From NCBI GenBank assembly GCA_965261085.1, contig OZ253442.1:1056001-1120000 (forward strand): 64,000 nt of DNA, in the 5' to 3' direction. Of this stretch, positions 19,301 to 29,283 are shown piece after piece. This DNA is from a bacterium (GTDB lineage Bacteria; UBA8248). The position numbers and the translations under genes are program-made. The notes beneath the pieces are model-generated. The model searched no databases and was not told where the DNA came from. It saw only the letters and a program-made list of their open reading frames with translations. How positions within the stretch are numbered: the first letter of the stretch is position 1; each line of letters opens with the position of its first letter.

Positions 19301-19673
19301 GGGTTGTTGAAAAAGCCCCCCTGACAAGGGGGGTTGGGGGTCGAACGCGACCGGGGAGGGAGCGTTCATGGCAAGGAAGGATGGGGGGGAGTCGGAGGGA
19401 ATAGTACTTTACCCGTCCCGCTCGCCCTCCCTCGGCTGGAAACCAACCCCCCTGGCCCCCCTTGTCAGGGGGGTAAAGGCCATGCGCCCGACGAGGGGGT
19501 GGAAGAAAAGCCCCCCTGAGAAGGGGGGTTGGGGGGTTACTCCCTTGACAAAGGCTTATTCAACAACCCCGAGGAGCGAGGATTTGTTTGCCGACCGACG
19601 AGGGAAGTATTACGTGCCAGGGTAGCGAATGCGCCGCAGGCATTTTCCTTTGAGGGGGTTTTTTAACAACCCC
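19300..19673. mobile_element. Composite MITE with IS1182-type ends
   Basis: Left TIR GGGGTTGTTGAAAAAG; internal right TIR ending 19570; outer right TIR ending 19673; TSD TTGTA at 19295-19299 and 19674-19678; body homologous to the MITE at 10016. Confidence 0.82.
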
Positions 19674-19862
19674 TTGTAGGGTAGTACGCTCTCGTTCGCC
19701 TTGCGGGCGCAAGGTTTGACCCCATCTCGCAAACCTGCTCTAATAAATGGAAATGAACAATTAGAAGCAGCAGGGTAACCGCTTCGGAAAAATTCGCAGC
19801 GAACGAGTCCTCATCAGACTTGTTCTTGGGAAAATTCGTTCCACCATCAGGGAGAGGCAAAC

Positions 19863-20873
19863 ATGAAACTTTACGTGAAGTCGATTCTCGTGAGTCTGGT
19901 CATTGCCGGTATCGTGGCGTTCACGTCCCAGGCAGCCGTGGCGCAAAAATCCAACCTCATCTTCTACTCCTCGCTCACCACCGCCGCGCAGGCGACGCTG
20001 GTGAAGGGCATCGAAAAGAAATTCCCGGACATCAAGGTCCAATCCATCACCGCAGGCGGCGTCAGCTTGTATCAGCGTTTCGTGGCCGAGCGCAGCGTGG
20101 GCAAGGGCAAAATCGATCTGCTTCACTTCAGCTACACGCCGGGCTGGTATGACCTCGCCAAAAGAGGCTGGGTGAAGAACGTGACGCAACTCCCCGAAGC
20201 CAAGAAGTTCCCGGCCTGGGCCAAGGACGAAAAAGCTCAGTGGGTCGGGCTGCGCGCGCCGACTTTGCAGGTCATCTACAACACCGACAACGTGAAGCCC
20301 GGCGAGGCGCCGACGAGCTTTGCGGAATTGACGGGGCCGAAATGGAAGAACCGCCTCGTGCTGGTGGATCCGTTCCAGTCCGCGGGCCTGTGGGATTTCT
20401 TCTACGGCGCGAAAGGCTTTGGGGAGAAATACATCAAGGGCCTCCTCTACAACGGAGCCCTGGTGCAATCGCGCATGGGCGCCTCGAACGAGCGCGTCGC
20501 CACGGGTGAGCGCGACGTGACGATGGTATTCGAATACATCGCCATCCGGCGCATCAACAAGGGCGCCAAGATCAAGATCGCCAAGATGAAGGAAGGCACG
20601 CCGGTCATCCCGGCTTCGTTCGGCATGATCAAGGACGGCCCGAACCCGAAAAACGCGGAGAGGGTGTATCGCTGGATACTTTCGAAGGAAGGCCAGACGG
20701 TCATCACCCAGAACGTGAAGATCAACTCCGCGCGTACGGACGTGCCGCACGTGAAAGGCATTCCCTATCCCTTCACGCCGCTGTATGCGGACTGGGAGAA
20801 AGTCGCCAACGAACAGAAAAAATATCGCGCCTTCATGACGAAGCACATTCGTGAAGCGAAGAGAAAGAAATAA
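19863..20873 (+). CDS. ABC transporter substrate-binding protein (Fe3+/thiamine/polyamine class)
   Basis: Signal peptide; IYNTDNV..APTSFAEL..PKWK; PNPKNA...WILSKEGQ; first gene of the operon. Confidence 0.85.
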   Translation: MKLYVKSILVSLVIAGIVAFTSQAAVAQKSNLIFYSSLTTAAQATLVKGIEKKFPDIKVQSITAGGVSLYQRFVAERSVGKGKIDLLHFSYTPGWYDLAKRGWVKNVTQLPEAKKFPAWAKDEKAQWVGLRAPTLQVIYNTDNVKPGEAPTSFAELTGPKWKNRLVLVDPFQSAGLWDFFYGAKGFGEKYIKGLLYNGALVQSRMGASNERVATGERDVTMVFEYIAIRRINKGAKIKIAKMKEGTPVIPASFGMIKDGPNPKNAERVYRWILSKEGQTVITQNVKINSARTDVPHVKGIPYPFTPLYADWEKVANEQKKYRAFMTKHIREAKRKK

Positions 20874-20899
20874 CCGGCTTCGTCGGTCGATGACCTGAG

Positions 20900-22615
20900 A
20901 TGCGTCCCCGTTCGTTAGCCATGTTCAGGATTCCGAGCACCGTTCGGCTACTCGAATGGGGATGTCTTCTCGTCATCGGCTTCGTGGTGCTGTACCCGCT
21001 GTTCTGGCTTGTGCTGGGCAGCTTCAGGCCTGACCCGATGAGTTCGGACTTCACCCTCGACGCCTACTTCGCCATATTCGAAGCGGAGTACATGGGCGAG
21101 GTGCTGTGGAACACCGCCGTCATGTCGACCGGCGTCACGAGTTTGGCCGTCCTGATCGGCGTTCCGCTCGCCTGGATCGTCGGACGCACCGATACGCCGT
21201 TCAGAAACTACATCAACATGGTCGCGATTTTGCCCTTCATCATGCCGCCCATTGTGGTGGCGGTGGCCTGGGCCTATCTCGGTACGCCGCGCGTCGGTTT
21301 CGTCAACTTGTTCTGGAAGTGGATAGTCGGCACCAAGGAGCCGCTGTTCGACATCTTCACCATGGGCGGGCTCATCTTCGTGATGGCCCTCTCCCTGGCG
21401 CCGTATGTTTTCATCTTCACGGTCACGGCGTTCAAGAACATGGACCCGACGCTGGAGAATGCCGCCCACGTGAGCGGCGCGAACCAGTGGAAAACGACGC
21501 TCCGGATTACGCTGCCCATGGCGGCGCCGGCCATATTGTCCGGCGCGCTGCTGACGTTCATCCAGTCGCTGGAGGTTTTCGCCATACCGGCGACCATCGG
21601 CGTCTCGGGCGGCATATACGTGTTCTCGACCCAGCTTTGGCGCATGATGCTCGGCATCCCGCCGAACTTCTCCCATGCCGCCGCCATGTCTATTCCCATC
21701 CTGCTGGTTTGCGGGCTGGCGCTTTGGGGACAGACCAGGGCGCTGGGGCGAAGCGCCAGATACACCACGGTGGCAGGCAAGAGCTTTAGGCCAAGGCTCG
21801 TGGAGTTGGGTCCCTGGAAATACGTCGCGCTGGGCTTCGCCGCCGCCTACCTTCTGGTGTCGGCGATTCTCCCGGTGCTGACGCTGATCTACGGCACTTT
21901 CATCTCCAACCGCGGACGCCCGCCGACCCTGGAATTCCTCACGCTGGGCCACATCCATGAGATCATCACCGGTGATGGAGGCGCGGTCATCCTCCGGTCC
22001 ATCCAGAACAGCCTGTTCCTGAGTTTTCTGGGCGCTACGATCGGTATCGCGCTCTCCGCCGTCGTCGCCTATTTCGTGGTCCGCAGCACCTGGCGGGGCC
22101 GGGGAACGCTCGATTTTCTGGCCCTCATTCCGGTGGCGATTCCGGGCTCGGTCATCGCCATCGCCATGCTCTGGGCGTATATCCGCCAACCGTTCGACCT
22201 GTATCACACGCTGTGGATCATCCTCATCGCCTACATCACGCGTTTTCTGCCCTTCGGCGTGCGGGCGGTATCCAATTCCATCACGCAAATCCATGAGGAG
22301 TTGGAGCGAGCCGCCGCCGTGAGCGGCGCGAACTGGGGCGTCGTCTTCTGGAAAATCCTGGTGCCCCTGGCCATGCCGGGCATCGTCGCCGGCTGGGTTA
22401 TTCTTTTCGTATCGATGATGCGCGAACTATCGGCCTCGATCATGTTGTTCAGCTCCAACAAGGAGGTGATCGGCACGATCCTCATCCAGCTCTATGACGA
22501 GGGGCTCTTCTCGCATGTGTGCATTCTTTCGCTCATCATCGTCATCTTGTCGCTGGGTTCGGTGGCCTTGGTGCGCTGGCTCACGAAACAAAAAGACGTG
22601 GAGGGCCTCACCTGA
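20900..22615 (+). CDS. ABC transporter permease (FbpB-like, double domain)
   Basis: Multiple TM helices and two EAA loops (LENAAHVSGA, LERAAAVSGA). Confidence 0.9.
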   Translation: MRPRSLAMFRIPSTVRLLEWGCLLVIGFVVLYPLFWLVLGSFRPDPMSSDFTLDAYFAIFEAEYMGEVLWNTAVMSTGVTSLAVLIGVPLAWIVGRTDTPFRNYINMVAILPFIMPPIVVAVAWAYLGTPRVGFVNLFWKWIVGTKEPLFDIFTMGGLIFVMALSLAPYVFIFTVTAFKNMDPTLENAAHVSGANQWKTTLRITLPMAAPAILSGALLTFIQSLEVFAIPATIGVSGGIYVFSTQLWRMMLGIPPNFSHAAAMSIPILLVCGLALWGQTRALGRSARYTTVAGKSFRPRLVELGPWKYVALGFAAAYLLVSAILPVLTLIYGTFISNRGRPPTLEFLTLGHIHEIITGDGGAVILRSIQNSLFLSFLGATIGIALSAVVAYFVVRSTWRGRGTLDFLALIPVAIPGSVIAIAMLWAYIRQPFDLYHTLWIILIAYITRFLPFGVRAVSNSITQIHEELERAAAVSGANWGVVFWKILVPLAMPGIVAGWVILFVSMMRELSASIMLFSSNKEVIGTILIQLYDEGLFSHVCILSLIIVILSLGSVALVRWLTKQKDVEGLT

Positions 22616-23709
22616 TGCAAAACGTGCGGGTCGAGAAACTGGTCAAAAGATTCGGCGAGGTGATCGCCGTCGACGGGGTTTCGTTCGAAGTGCCCAAGGG
22701 CAAGCTGCTGACCCTGCTGGGACCGAGCGGCTGCGGCAAGACGACCACCTTGAACATCATCGCCGGTTTCGAAACCCCCGACGGCGGCGACGTCCACGTC
22801 GGCGAGAGGCTCATCTCGAGCGCCACTGAAAACGTGCTGGTTCCCGCTCACAAGCGAAACCTCGGCATGGTGTTTCAATCCTACGGGCTCTGGCCGCATT
22901 TGAGGGTGCGCGACAACGTCGCCTTCGGCCTGCAGATGAGGAAAACCCCTAGAAACGAAATCGCAGGCGCCGTGGAGCGCGCCTTGGGGATGGTGCGGCT
23001 CGACGGCCTGGGGGAGCGCTACCCCTCGCAGCTCTCGGGCGGCCAGCAGCAGCGCGTCGCCTTCGCCCGCGCGCTGGTGTATGAGCCCGACGTGTTGCTT
23101 CTCGACGAACCACTCTCCAACCTCGATGCGGCGCTGCGCGAGGAGATGCGCCTGGAGCTCAAGGAACTGCAAACCGAATCCGGCATCACCACCATATTCG
23201 TCACCCACGATCAGGTCGAAGCCATGGTGATGAGCGACATCATCGTGGTGATGAACCACGGACGCATCGAGCAGATGGGCTCGCCGAGCGACATCTACCA
23301 GAACCCCGCCAATCAGTTCGTCGCCGGTTTCGTCGGCATCTCGAACTTCCTGGAAGGCGAGGTCGTCGCCGCAGGTGTGGGCGAGGAGCGGACTGCGGTG
23401 AGGGTCGGCGACATGACGCTGTTCTGCAGGAGCACCGGCGTGTCGGAAGGTTCGAAAGTGCTGCTGTCGATCCGGCCCGAGGATTGCGTCGCAAGCCTGG
23501 ACGCGCCTCCGGAAGGAACCCCGAACCTCATCAGGTGCAGCGTTGATAAGGCGGTATACATGGGTGGCGTGCTGGAGCTTTGGCTGAGCGCCGGAGACCA
23601 GAAAATCCGCGTGCATGGACACCGCTTGCCGATACTCGACTCGGGGGCGAGTGTTTACGTCTCCATCGAACCCGAATCAATCAACGCGGTTGAAAACAAG
23701 CCTTCATGA
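22615..23709 (+). CDS. ABC transporter ATP-binding protein (FbpC/PotA-like)
   Basis: GPSGCGKTT, LSGGQQQR, LLLDEP, THDQ; C-terminal TOBE-like region. Confidence 0.93.
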   Translation: MQNVRVEKLVKRFGEVIAVDGVSFEVPKGKLLTLLGPSGCGKTTTLNIIAGFETPDGGDVHVGERLISSATENVLVPAHKRNLGMVFQSYGLWPHLRVRDNVAFGLQMRKTPRNEIAGAVERALGMVRLDGLGERYPSQLSGGQQQRVAFARALVYEPDVLLLDEPLSNLDAALREEMRLELKELQTESGITTIFVTHDQVEAMVMSDIIVVMNHGRIEQMGSPSDIYQNPANQFVAGFVGISNFLEGEVVAAGVGEERTAVRVGDMTLFCRSTGVSEGSKVLLSIRPEDCVASLDAPPEGTPNLIRCSVDKAVYMGGVLELWLSAGDQKIRVHGHRLPILDSGASVYVSIEPESINAVENKPS

Positions 23710-24084
23710 CAAAGGAATAGGGGGCGGATCACCGGCCCCCCCCGGAGCCTTTGACCTAAACGGGTCACCTTATTCCGTCATCGCCTTCATCCTGGTTGAC
23801 TTAAGCGCTAGTACACGGCGTTCAAAGGAGCGCACCCTCGGAAACTGCTTCACGCCGGAACTTCTCGACGCGGGCGCTGACCACATCTCCCTCGGCGCAA
23901 CGATGGAACCGACCTCGCCGAGGAACGTGGCATGGCGATTTGACGCTATACTTAATCAGGCTCTTCTAGCAAAATATGGTCATTATACGAAGTCCAACGA
24001 AACGACGACCGATGGGAGCGGTCGAATGGACCGGAAGGCGACATGGTGATTGCAAGACGGGAAAAGGACCGTGACGGGGCCGGG

Positions 24085-26559
24085 ATGAGCGGACGACTTG
24101 AGGGCAGGTGTGGCGTCCGCTCCGCGTTTGCGCTGAATCGAACCTCGGTTTGCGCCATTCTGCTTTCTGCGATGCTTGTCCTGACCAACTGCGGCGGCGG
24201 GGGCGGCGGAGGCGGCGGAGCAAGGGTGCAACCGCAAGCCGCGGTGATGCCCGAAACCCAGCAGCCGCAACAGCCGCCGCCTGCCTGCCCGCCGGGTCAA
24301 GTCGGGACGCCCCCGAACTGCACCACTCCGCCGCCACCACCACCGCCGCCGCCACCACCACCGCCGCCGCCGCCGGAAAAGTGCATCCCGCTCCACGGCG
24401 GGACTTGCGCCTCAATCGGAGACTTCAATACCCAGGCGGCGTTGCTTGCCGGGGATTACAGCCTCGAGGACCCCTTCAAGAACCAGTGGGGCTTGGAGAC
24501 CATCGGCGCAGATTCGGCCTACGCCTACGTCAACCTGCTCAAGGGTGAAAACACCGCGCCGGGCTCCGGGGTGACCATCGGCTTCATGGACACGGGTATC
24601 GACACGTCACACCTGATGTTCGAGGGGAAGACGGTTACGGAAGTGTTCATGAGCGGCGCCACGGACGAGACGGGTCTGCCGCGGTTTTCTCACGGCACGG
24701 CCGTCGCGAGCGTCGCCGCAGGCGTTCACGTAACCTCTAACTCCACCTCGCCGCAAGGCGTCGCGTGGGGCGCCGACATCGCCATGTTTGCGATTCCCAC
24801 AGGAACCGGAGGCGGCAACTACAGACCCATCTCTCTCGCGGGCCTGTCCGGCCAAAGCGCCTCATGGGCGCGAGATATCAATGAGGTCCTGGCGTGGCGA
24901 AACGGTCAAAAGCGCGTCGATATCCTGAACCTGAGCATCGGTTACTCTGGCATCATCGACAGCTACAGCGAAGCCGACCTCCGCGCCAACTTCGCACGGG
25001 CGATCACCGCGATGGCGCAGGCGGGAGCGAGCGAGAAGGCGATTCTCGTCTGGTCGGCCGGCAACGCCCACGGCGACCCGTGCGATCCGGCCGTCATGAC
25101 GAGCAACTGCGTTGGAGGCACGGTGGATCCCCCTGTTCTCGGTACCGTCGACGCCGTATCGGTCGAGGTGATGCCGGGCCTCGCCGCGCGCATCGCGGAG
25201 CTTAGAGGACATACCATCGCCGTCGCGGCGCTCAGACCGGGCAATAAGAGGATCACCGGCTTTTCGAATCGCTGCGGCATCGCGGCGAATTATTGCATCG
25301 CGGCGCCCGGAAAAACTGTTAGGGCCGCCTATTTCGGGCCCGACCCAAATGACGACACCAAAGTTGTCCGGGGTATCGCCCAGAGCTTACGCGGAACGTC
25401 CTTTGCCGCGCCGATGGTGGCAGGCGGGCTTGCTATCATGAAGCAGCTCTTCCGGGATCAGCTCTCGAACACGGAACTGGTCACCCGCCTCTTAGAAACC
25501 GCCGACGATACCGGCGTGTATTCGAACAGCGCCATATACGGCCGGGGCAAGCTCGACCTCGCCGCCGCCACGCACCCCGTGGGCGTTCTGGAGGTCCCGG
25601 TCGTCACGAACACGAGCCAGGCCGGGAACACTCTGCGCGCCACGCGCCTGAGTCTCGGAGCCCCGTTCGGAAACGGGCTCGCCCGCTCGGTCGCGAACCA
25701 TGAAATCATGGCCGTAGACGATCTGGGCGCGCCGTTCTGGTACACGCTGGGAAATTTTGTAACGGCTGCGAAGGGCCCGCCGGTGGACGCGCGGGTCCGG
25801 GGTTTTCTCGCGGGTGCGACTGGCGGCGCTTTACAGGGTTCCGGGGTGAGAATTCAGAATACATCGGCGGGAGCCGACGGCGGACACTTCTCGCTGGCCG
25901 AAGGCGGGATGATGGCGACCTTCACGGGCCGGGCGGGTCTTTCCGCCTCTCTCTTCGGGACCCACGAGGAACACGACGCGGTGGGCGCGACGCTGAACTG
26001 GCGGCAGGAAGGCTCACCGCTCGGCCTCCGCCTCGGGTGGATAACCGAGGATGAGACCATTCTCGGAGGCGAAGGCCAAGGGGCTTTCGGGTCGCTGGCG
26101 GCGGATACCGCCTTCATCCGCTTCGAGGGAGATGTAAGACTCGGCGCGTGGCGGCTCGGAGCCAGCGCGGAATGGGGAAACGTGCGCCCGAAAGCCCGAG
26201 GCGGGCTCATCGAGGAGGTATCGTCCATGACGACCAGCGCGTTCTCCCTGCACGCGCGCGCCTCCCTCACGCATACGGACGTGGTGCGCTTCTCCCTGGC
26301 GCAGCCCTTGCGCGTCGAGGACGGCCAGGCGTCGCTGACGCTGCCGGTGGCGCGAACCAAGTACGGGCGGGTGTTGCGCACATCGCTCGCCTCGCCCCTT
26401 GCGCCCGATGAGCGGCAGATCGACGTCGCCGCGAACTGGGAGAGGCCACTGGCGGATGGACAGCTTCGCCTTGGCGTCATCTGGAGCCACTACCCCGGCC
26501 ACAGCGGGGACGCCGAACCGCAACTCACGTTCCTCGCCGGCTGGCGGCGGAAGTTTTGA
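24085..26559 (+). CDS. S8 subtilase with lipoprotein-like signal, poly-Gly/poly-Pro linker and C-terminal beta-barrel-like domain
   Basis: LVLTNC lipobox-like; triad FMDTG, SHGTAVA, GTSFAAP; C-terminus ends in WRRKF; start 24043 or 24085. Confidence 0.85.
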   Translation: MSGRLEGRCGVRSAFALNRTSVCAILLSAMLVLTNCGGGGGGGGGARVQPQAAVMPETQQPQQPPPACPPGQVGTPPNCTTPPPPPPPPPPPPPPPPEKCIPLHGGTCASIGDFNTQAALLAGDYSLEDPFKNQWGLETIGADSAYAYVNLLKGENTAPGSGVTIGFMDTGIDTSHLMFEGKTVTEVFMSGATDETGLPRFSHGTAVASVAAGVHVTSNSTSPQGVAWGADIAMFAIPTGTGGGNYRPISLAGLSGQSASWARDINEVLAWRNGQKRVDILNLSIGYSGIIDSYSEADLRANFARAITAMAQAGASEKAILVWSAGNAHGDPCDPAVMTSNCVGGTVDPPVLGTVDAVSVEVMPGLAARIAELRGHTIAVAALRPGNKRITGFSNRCGIAANYCIAAPGKTVRAAYFGPDPNDDTKVVRGIAQSLRGTSFAAPMVAGGLAIMKQLFRDQLSNTELVTRLLETADDTGVYSNSAIYGRGKLDLAAATHPVGVLEVPVVTNTSQAGNTLRATRLSLGAPFGNGLARSVANHEIMAVDDLGAPFWYTLGNFVTAAKGPPVDARVRGFLAGATGGALQGSGVRIQNTSAGADGGHFSLAEGGMMATFTGRAGLSASLFGTHEEHDAVGATLNWRQEGSPLGLRLGWITEDETILGGEGQGAFGSLAADTAFIRFEGDVRLGAWRLGASAEWGNVRPKARGGLIEEVSSMTTSAFSLHARASLTHTDVVRFSLAQPLRVEDGQASLTLPVARTKYGRVLRTSLASPLAPDERQIDVAANWERPLADGQLRLGVIWSHYPGHSGDAEPQLTFLAGWRRKF

Positions 26560-26750
26560 GCGGCGTCACCTGAAACTGAAAATCGTCGAAGAAAAGCAGG
26601 TACGGGAGTAATGAGGCTTCGCCCCGTGCGAATCCTTGCGCGGCGCTGCGTGTCGAATCTTCCTCGCGCAATTACAGCAGCCGGGCGATGATTTCCCGCA
26701 ATGAGGATAGCCACCACCCCTTCTTGTGGTATAGAATAGCGGCCCCTCGT

Positions 26751-26842
26751 GGAGAGATGGCCGAGTGGCTGAAGGCGCTCGCCTGCTAAGCGAGTAGGCT
26801 GGGAAACTGGCCTCGAGGGTTCGAATCCCTCTCTCTCCGCCA
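26751..26842 (+). tRNA. tRNA-Ser (anticodon GCT)
   Basis: GGAGAGA acceptor stem, anticodon loop CTGCTAA, long variable arm, GTTCGAATC, CCA. Confidence 0.95.
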
Positions 26843-26960
26843 TATGCAAGCCCGCCTTCTGGCAAACTAACTCCCGGCACATCACTGGCGCCGCCTTGTT
26901 CCTCCCGGTGGTTCGGATGAAGACGATGTTCAGCTCGGAACCGGCAAGAGGGAGAGTACA

Positions 26961-27245
26961 ATGCGGCGCAACTTCTTTCGCCTGAACGCGACCCGGCGGC
27001 TTCCTGTCCCGCTTGACGCCGCCTGGGAATTTTTCTCGAATCCGCAGAACCTGAAGGAAATCACGCCGCCCGAGCTTCACCTCGTCGTGGAGAACGAGTT
27101 GCCTTCAAGGATGCACCCCGGCGCCCTCATCTGCTACCGGGTGAAGCCCTTTCTTGGGATTCCGGTCCACTGGGTCACGGAGATCACGCACGTGGAGGAG
27201 GGCCGCCTCTTCGTGGACGAACAGCGCTTCGGCCGGATGACTTGA
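26961..27245 (+). pseudogene. SRPBCC-family protein, 3'-truncated
   Basis: AWEFFSNPQNLKEITPP, WVTEI, FVDEQRFG, then an abrupt stop; the expected WHHxH half is missing. Confidence 0.75.
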
Positions 27246-27376
27246 ATTGCCCCATTCTATAGACTTAGAGCACAACACACTATAAAACACGAAACGCCCG
27301 GCTGGATTCGTCTGGCCCGAGCCGCCCGGGGCAATGGGAAAACGCAACATTTCACGCAGCAACCCGGAGATACGCA

Positions 27377-28207
27377 ATGAAAATCATACTTGCAATCGCC
27401 CTCTCGCTCTTCATGGCTTCAGCCTCTTTCGCGCAGGAAATCGTAAAGGAAAAACCCACCAACCCGATTCTCCTGATGAAGACGAATTTTGGCGACCTCT
27501 ACATCGAAATGTTCCCCGAAGAAGCGCCCAAGACGGTGGCTAACTTCATGGACCTCGCCACGGGCAAGCGCGCATTCGTCGACCAAAAGACGAAGGCGAA
27601 AGTGACGCGCCCGTTTTATGACGGGCTGAAATTTCACCGCGTCATCAAGGAGTTCATGATCCAGGGTGGCGACCCCAGGGGAAACGGAACCGGAGGCCCT
27701 GGCTACAACTTCGAAGACGAGATCAACGCCGAAGCCCTGGGCCTTCACAAAATGAAGGCCATCAAGGACGGCCGCCCCCACAGTTATCTGCCCATCAGAA
27801 ACCAGAACGATATTCAGCGCACCCTGATGAGCCCCCTGTTCCAGAAGATGGGAATCCGCTCCCAGGCCGATCTCGACAAGCGCAGCGAAGAAATAAAAAA
27901 GCGCATCGACAATCTCACGCTCAAAGACGCCTATGAGAACATGGGCTACCGCTTCAACGAGAAGCTCAAGTCACGCCCGCCCCAGAAGGGCGTGCTCGCG
28001 ATGGCGAATTCAGGTCCCAACACGAACGGCTCGCAGTTCTTCATCAACCTGATCGACACGCCCTGGCTCACCGGCAAGCACACGGTCTTCGGCAAGGTGG
28101 CCAAAGGCATGGACGTGGTGGAGAAAATCGGCGAAACGCCGGTGGGGACGGGAAGCGTGCCCAAAAAAGAGGTGCGGATCATCTCGATCCGGCTTCACAC
28201 TCCCTGA
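27377..28207 (+). CDS. Cyclophilin-type peptidyl-prolyl isomerase, exported, with an internal insertion
   Basis: APKTVANF, FHRVIKEFMIQGGDP, AMANSGPNTNGSQFFI, HTVFG. Confidence 0.93.
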   Translation: MKIILAIALSLFMASASFAQEIVKEKPTNPILLMKTNFGDLYIEMFPEEAPKTVANFMDLATGKRAFVDQKTKAKVTRPFYDGLKFHRVIKEFMIQGGDPRGNGTGGPGYNFEDEINAEALGLHKMKAIKDGRPHSYLPIRNQNDIQRTLMSPLFQKMGIRSQADLDKRSEEIKKRIDNLTLKDAYENMGYRFNEKLKSRPPQKGVLAMANSGPNTNGSQFFINLIDTPWLTGKHTVFGKVAKGMDVVEKIGETPVGTGSVPKKEVRIISIRLHTP

Positions 28208-28220
28208 TTTCCGCGTGAGG

Positions 28221-28829
28221 CTACATATCGCGGCGTCCTTCCAGGGAGCGGGTGAGTGTCATCTCGTCCGCGTATTCGAGGTGACTGCCCATGGGAAGGC
28301 CGTGCGCTAACTGGGTGACTCGCACGCCGAGCGGCTTGAGCACCTGGGCGAGATAAAGGGAGGTTCCCTCCCCCGCCATATTGGGGTTTAAGGCCAAAAT
28401 CACCTCTTTCACCTCCCCCCCCTTCACGCGCTCGATGAGCTTGGCGATGGTGAGGTTCTCGGGCTCCACGCCGTCGAGAGGGGATATGACGCCCATCAGT
28501 ACATGGTAGCGGCCCTTCACGCCTCCTGCGCGCTCGACCGCGAACACGTCGGCGGGTTCTTCCACCACGCAGATGACGCCGGGTTCGCGCGCGCCGCAGA
28601 CCGAGCAATCGTCCCCGCCGGCTTCGCCCTCCACGAGCATAGAACACGTGCCGCACAGGCCCACTTTCTCATGAAGGGCCTCACACGAAGCGGCGATTCT
28701 GCCGGCGGCTTGGGGGTCCTTGCCCAGCAGATGAAAGACGAATCTCTGCGCGCTCTTCGGCCCCACCCCCGGAAGGCGGCGAAAGGCCTCGACGCACTCT
28801 TCTATGGCGGGAAACCGGCTCAGTTGCAT
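28221..28829 (-). CDS. recR: Recombination mediator RecR
   Basis: LPGVGPKSAQR, Cys4 finger, CVVE, YHVL, EYADEMTL. Confidence 0.95.
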   Translation of the reverse strand: MQLSRFPAIEECVEAFRRLPGVGPKSAQRFVFHLLGKDPQAAGRIAASCEALHEKVGLCGTCSMLVEGEAGGDDCSVCGAREPGVICVVEEPADVFAVERAGGVKGRYHVLMGVISPLDGVEPENLTIAKLIERVKGGEVKEVILALNPNMAGEGTSLYLAQVLKPLGVRVTQLAHGLPMGSHLEYADEMTLTRSLEGRRDM

Positions 28830-28934
28830 GGTGTTTTCTCACTCGCATTTTAAGGGCGGCGGCCTGGGGCGACGATGAAGACGATATGATCTCCAACACG
28901 AAAACAATGGGCGGCGGCGAGGCCGAGCATCGGC

Positions 28935-29252
28935 TCAGAACAGACCGGGAATGGGCAGGCCGCCGGTCAGTTTCTTCATCTCCTCGGACATCATGTCCTT
29001 GCCTTTTCTGGACGCCTCGTTACACGCGGCGCGCACCAGATCCTCAAGCATCTCCACGTCGTCGGGGTCAACCACTTGCGGGTCTATTTTCACCGACACC
29101 ACGTCGCCCGCCCCGTTGGCGGTCACGTTCACCATGCCCCCGCCGGCGGAGGCCTCCACCATCTTCGCCGCCATCTCCTCCTGAAGTTTGGCCATCTTAT
29201 CCTGGAGTTGGCGCGCCTGTTTCATTAAACCGCCGATGCCGCCTTTTAACAT
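28935..29252 (-). CDS. ybaB: Nucleoid-associated protein YbaB/EbfC
   Basis: MKQA, AGGGMV, EMLEDL; located between dnaX and recR. Confidence 0.95.
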   Translation of the reverse strand: MLKGGIGGLMKQARQLQDKMAKLQEEMAAKMVEASAGGGMVNVTANGAGDVVSVKIDPQVVDPDDVEMLEDLVRAACNEASRKGKDMMSEEMKKLTGGLPIPGLF

Positions 29253-29283
29253 GAGAATCTCCCCGAGGTATTTCCCTCACCGC

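Noticed and set aside
27238-27245. Sec read-through of the SRPBCC TGA
   Set aside because: Not a Cys position, similarity is already lost before the stop, and the downstream frame closes quickly
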